A stretch of 64,000 bases of DNA from Antedon mediterranea (lineage: Eukaryota; Animalia; Echinodermata): NCBI RefSeq assembly GCF_964355755.1, contig NC_092674.1:22940001-23004000 (forward strand). Direction: 5' to 3'. Below the pieces are notes generated by a model that saw only the letters and a program-made list of their open reading frames with translations, was not told the origin of the DNA and ran no database searches. Every line of letters starts with the position of its first letter. The first letter of the stretch is position 1. This document shows, piece after piece, positions 49,939-64,000 of the stretch. The position numbers were made by a program, and so were the translations under genes.

Positions 49939-52900
49939 GTAGATCTTGATAAAAACAACAATTTAACTTTAATTTAAGTTGCTTATTTACTACAGTAGAA
50001 TTTCTTCTTTTAGTATAGCCACCCCCCCCCCCCCCCCCCAATTAAGGGGCCATTAAGAGATTTGTAAAACAAATGATATATTTTAACACTATGCAAAAAC
50101 CCTCATCAAGGGGATACTTTGTTGGTTGCTGAAGTAGATATATAGTGTACCTGAACTACTGTGTATCAACATCAATACAAATATGCATACAATCTCACAT
50201 GCATACAATAAATTGTCTCGGAATAGTGTATGTGTATATTTTCATAATTCCTCAGTCAGTCAGTCTCGTAAAAAATCACACTGTACATACAGAAAGTTTC
50301 ATTTCATTCACTAAGAAGAGTAAAGTTTAAAAGTCTTAGGATATAAGAAGAAGGATATGGTAATTAATGGTATAATACTGTACTGTAGGTCTATGAATAA
50401 GTACAGAACTCTACTGCTGGCCTGGGCTGTAGCCAGTACCTCAATAAGGTGAAGGCCATCTAATGTTATCAGTACAATCATGTAGACATCAAACTAGCAT
50501 TCCACAAAAGGATCCCACACTCCCGCATATTCCAATTTAAAATTGTTTCGAAAAATAGACATTTTATCTGTACATAAAGATTAACCTCTCTAACGACCTA
50601 ATCCCAATAATTCTATCCAGTTAAACAATTTAAAAGGGGATAATACCTGGTTAATATTGACACCAGAGTTTTAGATGATATCATGTAAAGATGTTAGTAA
50701 TATTTACATTAAACTGTCATTTTTAATCCTTTGCTTGGATAAAGATCCCATTTGAAAATGTTAGCTATGTAGGCCTGTCAATGTTAAACTATAGTATATC
50801 TTATAGTGCTTATAATCATGAAACAGGAAATGTCCTTAATTAACTTCTAATTTTGGTATCAAGATAAATAAATCGTATTTATCCTGAATGTAAACAACTT
50901 GTATACAATCTTTGCTTTGCTATATATGTCAAACGATGTATATATTCTGACTGCCTATTGATTGAGTACTTTTTCTACTCAGTATCAAGCTTTATATTCT
51001 GTTTCATTAGTGTTTAACTTACTGATAAAATCTCTTTCTATTTGCCCTAAATTCCATATAAAATTCTAATTAACATCTGTGCAGGTGCTACTAAACCATT
51101 TTACACACATTATCTTGAAGCAAACGAATAATTAATTTAAAATGTCTGCACATGTTTGGTCCTCCTTGACTTGACATGCATTTGTATATATTACAACCCC
51201 TCCTTTTGAACATTTCTATTCATGGAGCACCTTGAAAGCGATGGCAATTACCATTACGTTTTTACAGCAACATTACTACCAATACATCCCTACTAAAGGG
51301 CACTTTGCTAGGGCCAAGGTGTATTCTTAATAGAGGTTCTACTGTATTATAAAGAATTATTTAATATTTATTTTGATGCAAAAAAAACATGGATCAAAGT
51401 TGTATAATTTACAAAAAATTACATTCCCCAATCCTCAATTTGATAGGACGTGAGATATATACTTTAATACAATTTGCAGTGCATGACATATAATCCTCAT
51501 TCATTGTACAGAATGTCTACATTGAGCTAGTGTTAGACCAGTTGCTGCGTTTGATCAGTGAAGTCTGCCACCTAATTGGTACAATACATATCTCAGCAGA
51601 TTCCACTTATGGGGTAGCGATCGTACTACCTTGATAGTAGTATTGCTGAGTATTATGATTTTATAGTAGAAAACTTTAGATACTGTAGTGGAAAACCCCT
51701 TGCAAAAATTCTGAATGGTACTATGAAATATCCTCATAAACTGGACTTGTGCATGACATTTTCAGTAGTGATGGACAAGCTGTTAGTTTACAAGATTGCC
51801 TTTTTAATATATCAGTATTGCATATGTTCAATCAATGTACATACATACATGTTAAAATAAACTAGGATGATTGGTCAAATATATTGTTTTAAATTACATT
51901 TGTCATAATAATTTATTGTTGCAGTTAACATTCTTTATACCATATATGTTTTAAATGAATGAAAGGAAATAAGTCCTAGGTTAAACCTGGTGAAAAATAA
52001 CTGAACCCTAGCCCTAGTCAATGATCTGTTGTAGGCTGCTGATATGATGAGGGAGCATTACCCATTTCAGCCAACTCAGGTTGTTAGCATGTGTTTGAGA
52101 GGTCAGAGGTGAGCTTTGCTGGCTTGTAATAACATTGATATGCCAATAAAAGGGATCTCCCAGTGAGTTTGAATATTGACTTATACTTTGTCAGTAGGTG
52201 TTATAAAATTAAACATATTCATTCACAACAAAATAATACAACAGTGTATGAAACATTCACAAAACAATAAAACTTGCGTGTATGAATTTTATTCATTGTT
52301 TCATCTACAACAAGAATATGTATTATATACAAAATTAATGTTGAATGGTACAAGACAGTCATGCTTTCAAGACATTAAAATATACTCCCTATTTTAAGAA
52401 TACAAAACATTAATTTAATTTCTTTTGAACGCAAACAAATATTGATACATATACAACACAATTAGGTTTTGAATGCACAGCATTCACCAGCCTTCACATT
52501 GCACAACATTTGAAAATTTTGAAGTGTTTAACATGAGGTGCTATCTTTTGCCTGTTCAATTTAGTGGGGAGGAGTAAGTTTAAACTTCTCCCCATCCTCC
52601 TCCTCCTCAGGTTCTGCCTATGAAATAATAATCATTTCATCGAACTCTGTTCTATTTCCTGTTTTTTGTTTCCAGACTTGGGCTATATTTTATATCTCAT
52701 TCTTCACTGATCATATGTGACATTCATTACATATTGCTGTACGTATCAATTTGAGCAGACATAAATCTGTAGCTAAATACCAGCAGTAGGCTGCAAGACA
52801 ATACAATGTTATACATGCTACTGAATATTCTGCTTATGGGTGGCACTGATGTAGAATACACCAGAAACCCTATTTTCAAACACTCTTATTCAAGGGACAC

Positions 52901-55670
52901 TCCTATTATTAAGTGGACACTTCCATGTGAAATAACAAGGGGAAATATGTTTTAATACTAAGATCAACCACTATTCTGGAAAAACCTCTATTAAAGGGAC
53001 ACATTTTATTGTATCCCCTAATTGTTTTTGGTTGTTGGCCATTCGTTTTTAACTGGAACAGTGGAAAGTATTCCTGACTATCTTCAAGTTTTTCACCCGG
53101 CATAGTTTAATTTTACTTTAATGCTCCACCTTTTCTCTGTTTTTCGGTCTTAGATCAGTTACAACATAGAATGTCTGATACATGAATTATGCCTTAGTCT
53201 CGATAGGTTATTGATTGAATTGTTTCCTAAGAATATCTAGGTTACACGGTTAAAAATGTTATTATGATAATTATTAAAGGGTGTGAATATTCAAAAGAAA
53301 CTTCTCAGTCTTTGACATTAAAAGAACAATGCGTGTGTGGGTTTAGACACATATGACAGAAATATTATAGGGAACCTAATTCAGGTCAAAATAATAGGGG
53401 GAAACTGTTGCCATATGTTGTTGAATGGCAAACAGATTTTAAGAAAATAAATAGAAAGTTATGAACTGGAAGGGAAATCATGACGTACCTATGTGGAGCC
53501 AACAATGGCAAAATGTCGGCACATTGAAAAGTATATTAGCACCTGTCAAATGTTAGCATATTGTGTTAAGATTTCCAGGTTAAATCATAAATAGATGTGT
53601 GGGTGTGTTGATGAGATTTTGCAAAGAAGGATGCTGAAAGTCTAGGAAGGAAAAATTGCAGAGCCATATACCTCATTCTTTCCCCATTCTGTTATTCAAT
53701 TAAGACTGACGTAGACATGTTTTTCCTTGCCAGCCTCTGAGACATTCTCATTTTAATTGAAATTTCAACTCCTTTTCAAAAATCTAATCTGTTATTTTAC
53801 CAGGTTAACTTTAGTTTGGGTACCGTAAATGTGAACCATTTGGTAAAGAGCAGTGAGAATAAACAAGACATAAAATGTTACTGAGGGGCCAAATTTCCCG
53901 TCATCATTGTCTTTGTAAATGCTCATAATTTGTAACATTAGCAACACTGAATAAATGCACCTCATAAAAGCAACTAAGGCTTGGTCTGGAAGAGATACTT
54001 CATTTTTTTTGTAAATCCCAGACTCTTCATTATGCTACCAAGTGTCATTTTTGATTGCATGGAAAATTCTTGTGGAATTTTGCCAAAATATAAATCACCT
54101 GGCCTTGTTATCAGGTGACATCTATTGATGGCTCTCATTAAAGTTCCCCCATCACCAAAAAAAAATGGGGTTTATTAACCTAGAATTTATCTATAGACAT
54201 AACCTGCCAGTATGAAATTTGAATTTCTTCTTCTTCTTTCTAACCTTCCTAGATAGATCTTAATCATGTTTTATAGGGAAAGAAGCAGATTTAGTTTAGG
54301 ATAAACATTACAAAAGTGTATCATAAGCATAGTACATTAATTTTAAAATGAAATAGATATTTATGGAGAGAACATTGTTTATGCAACAGATTCGTGTTTT
54401 GTTTTTTTTCAATTGTCAAGTTTAATAAACACATGATCCGTTCATTTACCTCGCCCCTTCCTCTCACCATATGTACTTACTTTTAAATTATTTATTTTTA
54501 ATTGAAATGTCTCCTGTACTCATTTAAAATCTTTCTGAGCATTTAGTAATATGTGATTCAAAGGTATTATTATCTCCAAGAGATTTCAATTGTTCAGCCT
54601 TTCACCAGTGGTCCACTTCTTAAGATAGGATAATATTGCATATTTTTTGTAGGCATCTAGTTGCCAAAGGGTAGACTACTACTAGCATTTGGCTTATGCT
54701 TTTAATTCTGACTACTGCTATCTAATACAAGGCTAATTATTAATCAAACAAATTTCTAACAAGACAAATATTTACAATATATAACTATCTTTAATTTAAA
54801 GACTGTATAGAAATATACTTTCCAAATTCGTTTTATAGCCACCTAGTTTATTGCATTCACTTTAATTAAAAGTGCTAATCTCTGCTTGGAGTTGCTTGTA
54901 TGTTTGTGTCTGTGGTCGAGCCCCCTAGTCAGTAAGTTGACCTGTGTGTTTAAGGTCAGTTTGTGGTAGGAATTGGCTGCAAACAGCAGGATTTATGTAG
55001 TGTTTTGTTATTGTATAGAATAGTTGGTATGGCCTACAGATATTCCCTTCTGCATTCATGATGTTTAATATTTATAACAAAGACAGATCTTGTAAATGAT
55101 AAAATTGATCACATGATTGTAATTAATCCAAGAATTATGATTAGGACAAATAAAAAGTGTCTCCTTAGTAACATCCCCTACCTCATGACATTTTGGATCT
55201 GAATAACTTTTTACTACTTATTGTTTTTTTTAAATGGTCGAATTCAGTTAAAAAACTGCAGAAACAATCTCTGTAATTTCAATCAAAATTGCAGGATTGT
55301 AATCGTCAAAGTGACAACAGAACTTTTAATCATTTTCTTGTTGGTATATAATAAAGCTAATAGTAAGTCCCTCTATTAAATTAAAATACTGTGGGATGTA
55401 CGTCTAACATTTTTTTTATTTGCCATTTTTTACACATACTACATGAATGGCCATAAATAATGTGCTTGTTTATTTTGATTAGTTCTAGAATTTAAAAATA
55501 TGAACTTCAATAATTTGTCATTATTTATACACAAATAAATGCATTTTAGTACATTTAGTTATTTGTGCATATCTGTTCATTGAACATACTGCCTGAATAT
55601 TTCTGCTATTTAGATAATCTATTTTATAAATATTTTATATAATAATATTTTCCCAATTTTTATTTTACAG

Positions 55671-55760
55671 ACAATGTTAACAACCAGTTTATCCAATATA
55701 TTATGAATAAGGGTACCAATGCATCCAGCGACATCTTCTTCTTTTCCGTTACTGATGCCG
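55671..55760 (+). CDS. FREM2: FREM2/ECM3-like coding exon 2; gene continues beyond the window
   Basis: ttttacag| ... GCC G|gtaag; phase 1 matches exon 1. DNVNNQFIQYIMNKGTNASSDIFFFSVTDA completes the last CSPG repeat (cf. FREM2 [30 protein letters not shown], recalled). Confidence 0.9.
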
Positions 55761-56288
55761 GTAAGTTTAATCACCTTATTTTAATAACAATCAAGCAAAT
55801 CTTAGGCCTACTAGGAGTAGAGGTTGAGGTTTATTTTCAGACGATTGCTACCTGAAAAGTTGTGTTAAAGCCCTTGACCATTAACTTTATACTGGGTGGA
55901 AGAACATATGCAAAGCCAGTCTATGAGAGGTTATTCCTTTTTATGGAAAATTGTAATTGCTTAAAGTGCTTCCACCTAAAATCTGCCCGGAATTTGTCTG
56001 CTGCACGGTTGAAAAGTTAAAAGATGGTCAAAACGTTAAATGGAGCATGCTACAAGATTCTTGGTTGATTGCATGGTAAAGTTCAGCTACTGCTTATGAC
56101 GCTAATGATAGAGTCATGGGGCTTAACATAGGAGTTGACAAGCACTGTTATCTCATAGGATATGTTCAATTAGTGTTTTCTAGAGTGTAGGCCCAGTGAT
56201 AAAGTACTTGATATACATGATGATTGATTTTCACCTGGATAAACTGTGACTGTTTAGCCTAGAATGATGTTATTTTGCAAGAATATAA

Positions 56289-57187
56289 AGCCCCTTTCAC
56301 ACAGAGCTGTAAGACGGTAATATTGCGGTAATTCGCGAACGCCGGCTTATGTGTGAAAGGGTAAAAACCCCTTAATGCCGGCTTCCGTTAGACCGCCTCT
56401 GGACCTAGTAAAATTGCGGTAATATTACCGTCACGGTCATAAGCCTGATCTGTGTGAAAGAGTCCACGATATAACGCCTGCTTACGCAGTGAAGCAAGGA
56501 TAAATTCGGGACATTTTCCTTGATTGAGAAAGACTGTGGCAATTACTTTAGGCCAAATTATTAGATTATATCCATTATATAATATATTTTTAGGTTAGTT
56601 TGTAAATAATACAATGGAAGAATACGGCCAATAATAATAAAAATATAACAGATGTTGGTCCAAAGATTATTTAACTTGCTGTAACGTACGTAAGCCTAGG
56701 CCCTAGTTAGCATAGTTCTAGCAGGAACATCCTCCGGTTCGCGCTCCCGGTGCTAGCTCGTAACAGCTTCTGATAATTAAATTCGCGTCTATTTGTAGGC
56801 CTAAGCCTAATAGATTTGTTTCTGTAGAATGGCCATCACGATCGGGCAGTTATTAGCACGGAGTGGTGTTGGGCGAAAATATAGATTTTATGCATCGTAA
56901 ATAAAAAAAACTAAACGACGGACACACAAAACAACATCAGCAAACATGTGCACGCATGGCATGTTTTGTCGCCGGCGGCAGGTGCCCGCCATTTTTTTTT
57001 TCTAAAAAAGTGCGACCTCTATTTTATGAAGACAGTAATCTTTAAATATTGCGCCTTTTCACTGTGGCCTTTCACACAGAAGGCGGTAAAATTACCGTAA
57101 TATTACCTTCTGTGTGAATGGGTTTAGACCGGCAATAACGCCGGCTTGCTTACCGCAATATTGCCGAAGTTCTGTGTGAAAAGGCCT
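56289..57187. mobile_element. Non-autonomous PIF/Harbinger-like element (about 900 bp) in FREM2 intron 2
   Basis: TIRs agcccctttcacacaga / tctgtgtgaaaaggcct; repeated subterminal tgtgtgaa and cggtaatatt motifs at both ends; flanks taa / cta. Confidence 0.75.
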
Positions 57188-58394
57188 CTAGATAAAGCAT
57201 TTTAATGCTAGGCTGTGTTCACAAACAGTACAGTTAAGCTTGTAGAACAAATTTAAGAGAATAACAGAATCATATCAGAGTTACATCTGTGTTCATGTGG
57301 TTGGTTAACTCCAATGTACCACTGATGTAAATTTGGAATAATTGGTTATGTGTTTTTCAATATAGGTTGACCCTTTGATCAGTTTTACAGAAAGGAAAAT
57401 GGTAAAAAAAAAACATGTTTTTATGTCATTCGATTAGGCTCAGCATATTTTATAGAGATGTTGTGGACTTTCAGCCACTTAAATATGAACATCAGGAACC
57501 TTCATAATTGTAATATTTATTTAAATGTCCGGAAATATTAATTTAATAGTTTAAAAAACTGTATAACCTTTATAATTGAGGTAATAATATCGTCTGATCT
57601 AAAAGTGCATTTGGGATAGAAGACACCTATTTCATTGTGGTCTTGCGCTTTTTATGGGTGCTAAGGAAGAAAACTCCCATCATAATAGTCTATCAAACTT
57701 CCTATAATGTCATATGTTAATGTCAGTGAACTTCTACCTTAATTTATAACAATGTTCCCATTATTTTTTTTTTATTCTGTATTACCTGCTGTTCATGAGA
57801 TAGTTTCTTCCTATTTTGATGTACAGTGTATCTAGGAATGGTCAAAAGTTTAAAATGATTAATCTATTATGAGGCCTAGAAATAGATTGTTCCACTATTT
57901 TGTGCCATTTATCCTGTTATGGGCCGGTTGTATTTAATGTTTGCTCATTCTGTATCATTTTTGTCCATATTTGTTTTCTTTTTGTTATCTTTCTCCAGAG
58001 CTAATTTTGTAAAAAAAAACTCAAATTAAACAACTGTATAGATGTTACGATAAAACATAGTTATGAAACACATGCACAACATATGAATAAATAAAAAAAG
58101 TATCCAGGTATGTTGTTTGATTCAGGTGACTGTCTCTTTGTTCGAGCAGACAAAGTATTGAAAAACACAGACGAAGAACCTGATTAAATTAATGATTGAG
58201 GAAGTTATTAGAATCAAACGCTGTGTTACAAAGGCAATCTGTTTCCTCAGCTCACCATATAAAGATGCCGCAAGGTTCCAATAATGTTACGCGGTATTCT
58301 CATTGTGGTAACCCCAAAGTCAGGTTCATTGTTATCTAAAAATTATACCTAAAGATTTTTTTGCAATATGAATACAATATTTAAATTAATGAAT

Positions 58395-58518
58395 GTGATT
58401 GGGCAACTCACTTGCGTTGCCCTACGTCTGTGTGAGTTGCCCTACGTCTGTGTGAGTTGCCCTACGTCTGTGTGAGTTGCCCTACGTCCTTGCGTTGAGT
58501 CGAAGTAGAAACCAAGCA
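58395..58518. mobile_element. Family A MITE right half with an internal 20-bp tandem expansion
   Basis: gtgattgggcaactcacttgcgttgc...gtccttgcgttg...gaaaccaagc matches the right arm of the 8419 and 14226 copies; gttgccctacgtctgtgtga x3 plus a partial copy at 58416-58488. Confidence 0.8.
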
Positions 58519-61500
58519 TTATATTTTATAATTTAAATATTTGAATGAACTAAACTCGGATATTATGTTCAGACAATAACAAAATATTGATCTTTCCCAA
58601 TAATAGTTGACAGAAATGCACCTGTATCCAAATATAAACATAATGTAAAGTTGTATTCCGAAATAGGACATTTAATTATTTTATACTGCTGTTTAGTGTT
58701 TTCTAGTCTCAACATCAAAAATAAAAAGATAATGATCATCAATTTCTATTGGGTTATTTTTGTATCTCAAAAAGTGGATTTGTACTTAAGTGAAATAGAC
58801 TAAATGAACACGTTGATGGGTTAAGCCCTGGATTTAACTCAAATTAAAGTACAGCTTAAAATTGAATATTTCAACTTCCTGCCATAAAAAGCTTTCTTAT
58901 ACAATCATTGAATTTAATTGATAAAAAACTATTAAAAAACTGCCTTTACCCATTTTCATTCATTTGGAACTAATTCTTTAAATCTTGATTTGTTTGCAAA
59001 GAATAGTAAAAATGGTCTGATCACAGGTGATTTGCAGGTGAATATTTGTACGTCAATCACATTTATAGAAACATGGCATGAGAAAGACCAACCTAAATAG
59101 AGGTTGGTGATAAAAGAAATCCTTAACAATTAATTTTTCTTATAGAATTACTGATGCGATAATCCATTTCCATTAACTAACAATTTGAGAAAATGTGGGC
59201 AAATTGTAAAAATAATTGCATCTTGTCGATAACGCTAAAATTTTGGGTTAATCTCAGCACAAATTATTATCATTCATTATCTCATACTAGTTTAATACAG
59301 TACTATAGTAGAAAACAGCCTAGTTTACTGCTTAAAAGTGTAAGATATTTATTTAATCTTTCTTTATTCTGAAATACACTTTCAATACAATGTACTGATT
59401 TCCAAGGTGGTTCAGTTCTTAACTACATAAATGTAAACAAAATACAGTATATAAATGGACAAAAGAAAATATAAAATTAAACCTAAAATTATCAAAATCA
59501 AATTAACACAATTAAAGTAAGCACATTTAAAGGTTAAAACATAAATAATTGAGATTTTGAAACAAGATAAAAGAAGTTTTAATCATTGAGCATTAATTAG
59601 ATTTAGTTTTGAATTAAAATTAAAGTTTTGAAATTTGTGATTTGAAAGTTGATACTGTCATATCATAAAGATCATTTTTTATTTTAGATAGGCCTACTGA
59701 TGTTATCTAATAGTTAAAAGTTCACTGTGTGATCATTTCACTTGTTGAAAATAATGTTAATAGCTTCCGATATGCTTTGTTTGCTCATTCAAAACATGGA
59801 TGTCAAAAGTTTAATCATGAATTCTCTTCTTTTGAGAGGAATGTTTTAGCGTGTAGTGACAGTACAAAAGCATTTGTATTAACAAAAGACAATCCCACAA
59901 AAAGATGATCTCTCTACTAAACCTATAGTTTGTCACACCTGGGAGAAAATAACAAAGGTAGTACTGAATAGCCAACTTTTACATTTTCCCACAAGCTTAG
60001 CACACTATGACATGTTGTTGTTGTTTTAACATGTTATGTGTTGCAGCTAGCATCAGTTAGTTATATCTATATAAAATCTTGTAAAGGAATACATTTTACT
60101 AACTCTATATAATGTGGCAGTGCCAATATGTTATAATTATTGGTGTTATTTTAGTGATTTTCATATTCTTGTAACTGCCAACATGAATTATCTGATATAA
60201 CAATACTCACAACTTTTTTTTATTTCCCATGGGGTGTGTGATACACTTTGAAAATTACCTTCCTCTCAAATTTTGACTAACTGACAGCATATCCAACTTT
60301 CAACCACAAAGACATTATATAATACTGTATGGCTATGGTTCAACTACATTATCTGCTAATTTGTTTTTTAAAATTTATCGGGATTAAATGATTACAACAA
60401 TTCTTATTTTGCTCATTTGTATAAAGATTTTCGGTATATTGTATTTTGTTGAATTACAATTAAATAGTTGTGTTGATAATAATACAGAGTAATTGGTTGT
60501 AAGTATTGCTTACAATTGTATTGTATTGTTTCCTCGCATATTCTTATTAAAATTGCTTATATCGTTCAAATTAAATGCCAAAGGGAAGGCTATAATACTG
60601 TTTTATGTTAACAGAAGTACTTTTCTCACTGTTAAAGAAAACACCTAAACACAACATTTAGAAGTCATTTTCAGATAAAGTTTTCAAAAAACAATAAACT
60701 TGTTCAAGAATATACAAATGCAGTAACTCTTACATTATGTAAAGAAATGGCATTCCTCTTTTTTTAACCTGTGATTATGAAAATATGGCACACTCTTATT
60801 TGCTCAAAATGTTTATATAATTTCAAACATTTGGGATCAAGAGAATAAATAATGCAACTACTTATTATGTAGTGAAACATTTGACTACGGTTAAATTTTA
60901 GTTTATCAATGTTTATTTAAATTTTCTATTGGATCAGCTTGACCATGTTCCCTCTGTTTATATGTTATTTATCTAATGTAACCAAACTGTCTCCTGTGTT
61001 TTAAAAAATGTAATAAGTACTTCAAGATTGTTTATTTGAAAAAGAAATAGAATCTGGTATAGAGGTGATGCTAGCTATAAACATAGATGATAGAGGTACA
61101 TATATATTCCAAAAAAAGCTATATTCATTGTTAGCAACAGGCCAGAAAAATAAAAAATGAAATTACAATAGGCCTATTATATAGATGATTTATGATGGAA
61201 TAATAATAGGGACACTACACATCAGGATGGTAAGCAGGTGAATACAGCGTCTGTGTTCATCAGAGCATGACATTTTACTCCTTCATGTTTAGAAATCGGC
61301 AAAAATATATAGTTTATCGCTCCTAGAAAATTTTGAGATTGGGGCATACACATTCTAAAAGTAGGCGGTGCTTATGTTGCTTCCCGTCCTTGTGCATTTT
61401 ATGAACATCCCACTCCTATTCATTAAACCAGTATGTGTAACTGCATTCTCTCTGAGTCAATGAAATAGATCAAATTGAAATAATTATGGATGCACAATTC

Positions 61501-64000
61501 ACCTCAGGGTATTTTAGATGAAACTAAGTATTATCGCATATCAAAATCATGTACTGTTTTGTGAAGGGTATGTAGGGGGGATGTAGACTTTTGTTAAAGT
61601 AGACTAAGCCACAATAAAGCATAACCTAGTTATGAACAATTTAGTTGTCAATTTTTTGTAATCACTTAAACTTTGTCAATCAATGATTGATAACAACCTC
61701 TTATCATGTCATCAGCATGTCATGATATATTTTTTTTTTAAAAAGAAGAAAATTAGAACATATTTTGTATTACATAAAAGATACAAAAGAAATTTAAATA
61801 AGTTTTGACACTTGATAATTGGTTAAATTAAAGCCCCATTTAGCATGGGTACCCTGGCCGCAATCTATTTGTAACTGGGTCGCGAACAGAATTTGATTTG
61901 AGCATAAAATCGTGTCATCATGGGAAAGATATGAACAATACATGTGTGTATTGCTTTCGGTATCTTGACCCTGTAATGCTGTTTCTTGCCGTACTTTTGT
62001 TAAGTGTCCCTTGCTATTAGGTGAATAACAGGTTGAGAATGTACGCAACTGGGTCACTATAAAGTACAGCCCTGAGAACGACAATAAAAATTATATTAAA
62101 TGATAGCCAGTCAACAGAGGAACCGTTTATATGAAAATCAGGTATAAAATAGAAATGTAGGAAAATTCGGATTTCCTTTGTTGACCTAAGCGTTAATTCA
62201 TCCAAATCAGTTTCGTTTTAATTTATAGTAAAAACAAAAAGAAAAAATTGTACAGTGCTTGGTGGTAGTTTAGCTATTCATCAGTTCTTTCAATTCCATG
62301 ATTTTGATATTTTTAAGATTAAAAGTAATTTAATGGTGGGTTAATGAACTATTAATATAAATATATTTCTATGATTATGATATGACTAATATTGAAGATG
62401 GAAGTTGAAATTAATCTGTTCAAGTCTGTGTCTGTAACTGGTAATATATTATGACAACACGAAATAATGACTCAAAAGAAAGCTGTCTTTAACTTTTATT
62501 TAAATAGTTGGAAATTGCATGCATTTGTAAAGAATTTACTAAAAATAGAACTTAGTGGTTACTGTCTTCTGTAAGATAATCTTTGATTTTAAAATGATCA
62601 CTTCCAACTTGTAATGTTATTGTATTAAAGATTTTATGACTTTTTCATTTCTTTTTTTAGAGATTAATTAATTATCATAATAAACACATGTAAATTTCAT
62701 ATTTTTCGTTAAAAATATTGTATGAGAAAATACTACTGCAGCCATTTAAGAATAAAATAAGATTGCAAAATAGGTTACTGTAGATATAAACAGGTTTAGC
62801 CATAAACAGGTTTAGTAATAGCTTTTAACGGTTTTGTTAAAGCTATAAAAACATTTGTTTTAAATAGGGACCTGGGACTTTAAAGTAATCTTCTTATTTT
62901 TTCCCTGTGGTTTTAATGAACACTATTCTGACTTTTTGTATTACACAACTGACTCATCCTTCTAAAAAGCTTTTTTAGTTGTAAAAGCTGTTTTAAAAAG
63001 CTACCAGAGCATTGAAATATCCTTTGACTGGGAATCAATTTAGGAAAGACAGACAGACAAATGAACTCTTTATTCTTCTGTTACAAATAGATAGCTTTGA
63101 ATGGTATGGATCATGGCCTTCGGTTTCACAGTCATTTATTTCACATCTAGACTTTAAAAGCTCTTTGGAAATTTCAATGCTGTAAGATTAAGCAGGTTTT
63201 CATGAAGAAAAAAAGGAGTGGTATCTTCGTGTTTATGATCACCCCATTTTTTACACCAGTTAGAACTTATTGTAGCGTTTTGGTCAAAAGTTTTCCTGCT
63301 ATTTCTGAATTCAATCAACCATCCTATTACTAAATACTGACATGTTTAATAAGGCTATAAACGGACTTCCTACAGAAGTTCTCTAACTTATCAAATTATT
63401 ATACTTCATTAACTGTGCTTATAAATCAATATTCTTCATGCTCATCCGAATTACCAATCTGTTTACGCTCAATAGACCGTAGATACTGATAGCAATTAAG
63501 ATTCAAATACAACGGTTTACATTTATTTGTTTCTTAATTAAATTGAAATATTTAATGAATAAATGTAAATTTAATCTAATAAACGATAATTAAACAGTTA
63601 CATTATTCACACCAATTGCAAAATTTATTTAAATGCAAGTTTTTTTTTTAAACTGAAACAGCCTACCCTGCTGTTCGCCCCATCTTTAACAAATTACTCT
63701 GTTGTTTGTGTGAAGTAGTATAGGCTGAGCGTTTAGTTCAAACATGCTGTTTGAAACTTTCATTGCCAGTTTTTGGCGTGACAAAAACAAAAGAAAAGAA
63801 ATTAGTTTGTCAGCGGGAGATTTACACGTAACTTTAATCTTGATTAAATAGTTTTATAAACAGTTTTATAGTACTAGTAGAGGATAGAATGTTTAGAATG
63901 AATTTTATCTATTTCTGCCAGCAGAAGTCCGTTCAAAATTGCTAAAGTCATTTGTCTAGTACATTACACACAATACTAATGTGTCATTAGTAAGAATAGG

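Noticed and set aside
50022-50039. C18 run (potential G-quadruplex on the minus strand)
   Set aside because: An isolated homopolymer in a probable MITE remnant, with no supporting context.
61794-62205. Two overlapping minus-strand ORFs in a slightly GC-richer patch; candidate nested gene or FREM2 exon 3
   Set aside because: No recognisable domain or splice-consistent frame, and the expected FREM2 exon 3 motif (F.LNWAWIS) was not seen anywhere in 55761-64000.

Overview
This is AT-rich, intron-containing eukaryotic DNA, not prokaryotic; the ECM3/FREM2 gene and the repeat landscape suggest an invertebrate deuterostome, possibly an echinoderm (inference). Four spliced genes were reconstructed by hand from GT-AG boundaries with consistent reading phases: (1) the last four coding exons of nucleoporin NUP58 (+, 331-9118); (2) a complete FAM114A-family gene (-, 11 coding exons, 12591-20585, 699 aa); (3) a complete 96-aa SUMO gene (+, 5 exons, 22447-24874), head-to-head with FAM114A; (4) the first two coding exons of a FREM2/ECM3-like basement-membrane protein (+, a 5053-nt exon at 32856-37908 and a 90-nt exon at 55671-55760), which continues beyond the window. 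Introns and intergenic DNA hold many non-autonomous DNA transposons/MITEs (hAT-, PIF/Harbinger-, piggyBac-, Kolobok- and Tc1/mariner-like by TIR and TSD) and SINE fragments. I found no evidence of a wholly new multi-gene system. The best leads are a decayed duplicate of the NUP58 FG exon, a hairpin minisatellite in the probable NUP58 3' UTR, an exactly spaced E2F-CHR plus CCAAT module upstream of FAM114A, a SUMO mixing SUMO1 and SUMO2/3 signatures, CTAG/AGGCCT-rich tracts around the divergent promoter, and a MITE-borne CTCF motif. Family assignments come from recalled motifs, not database searches.
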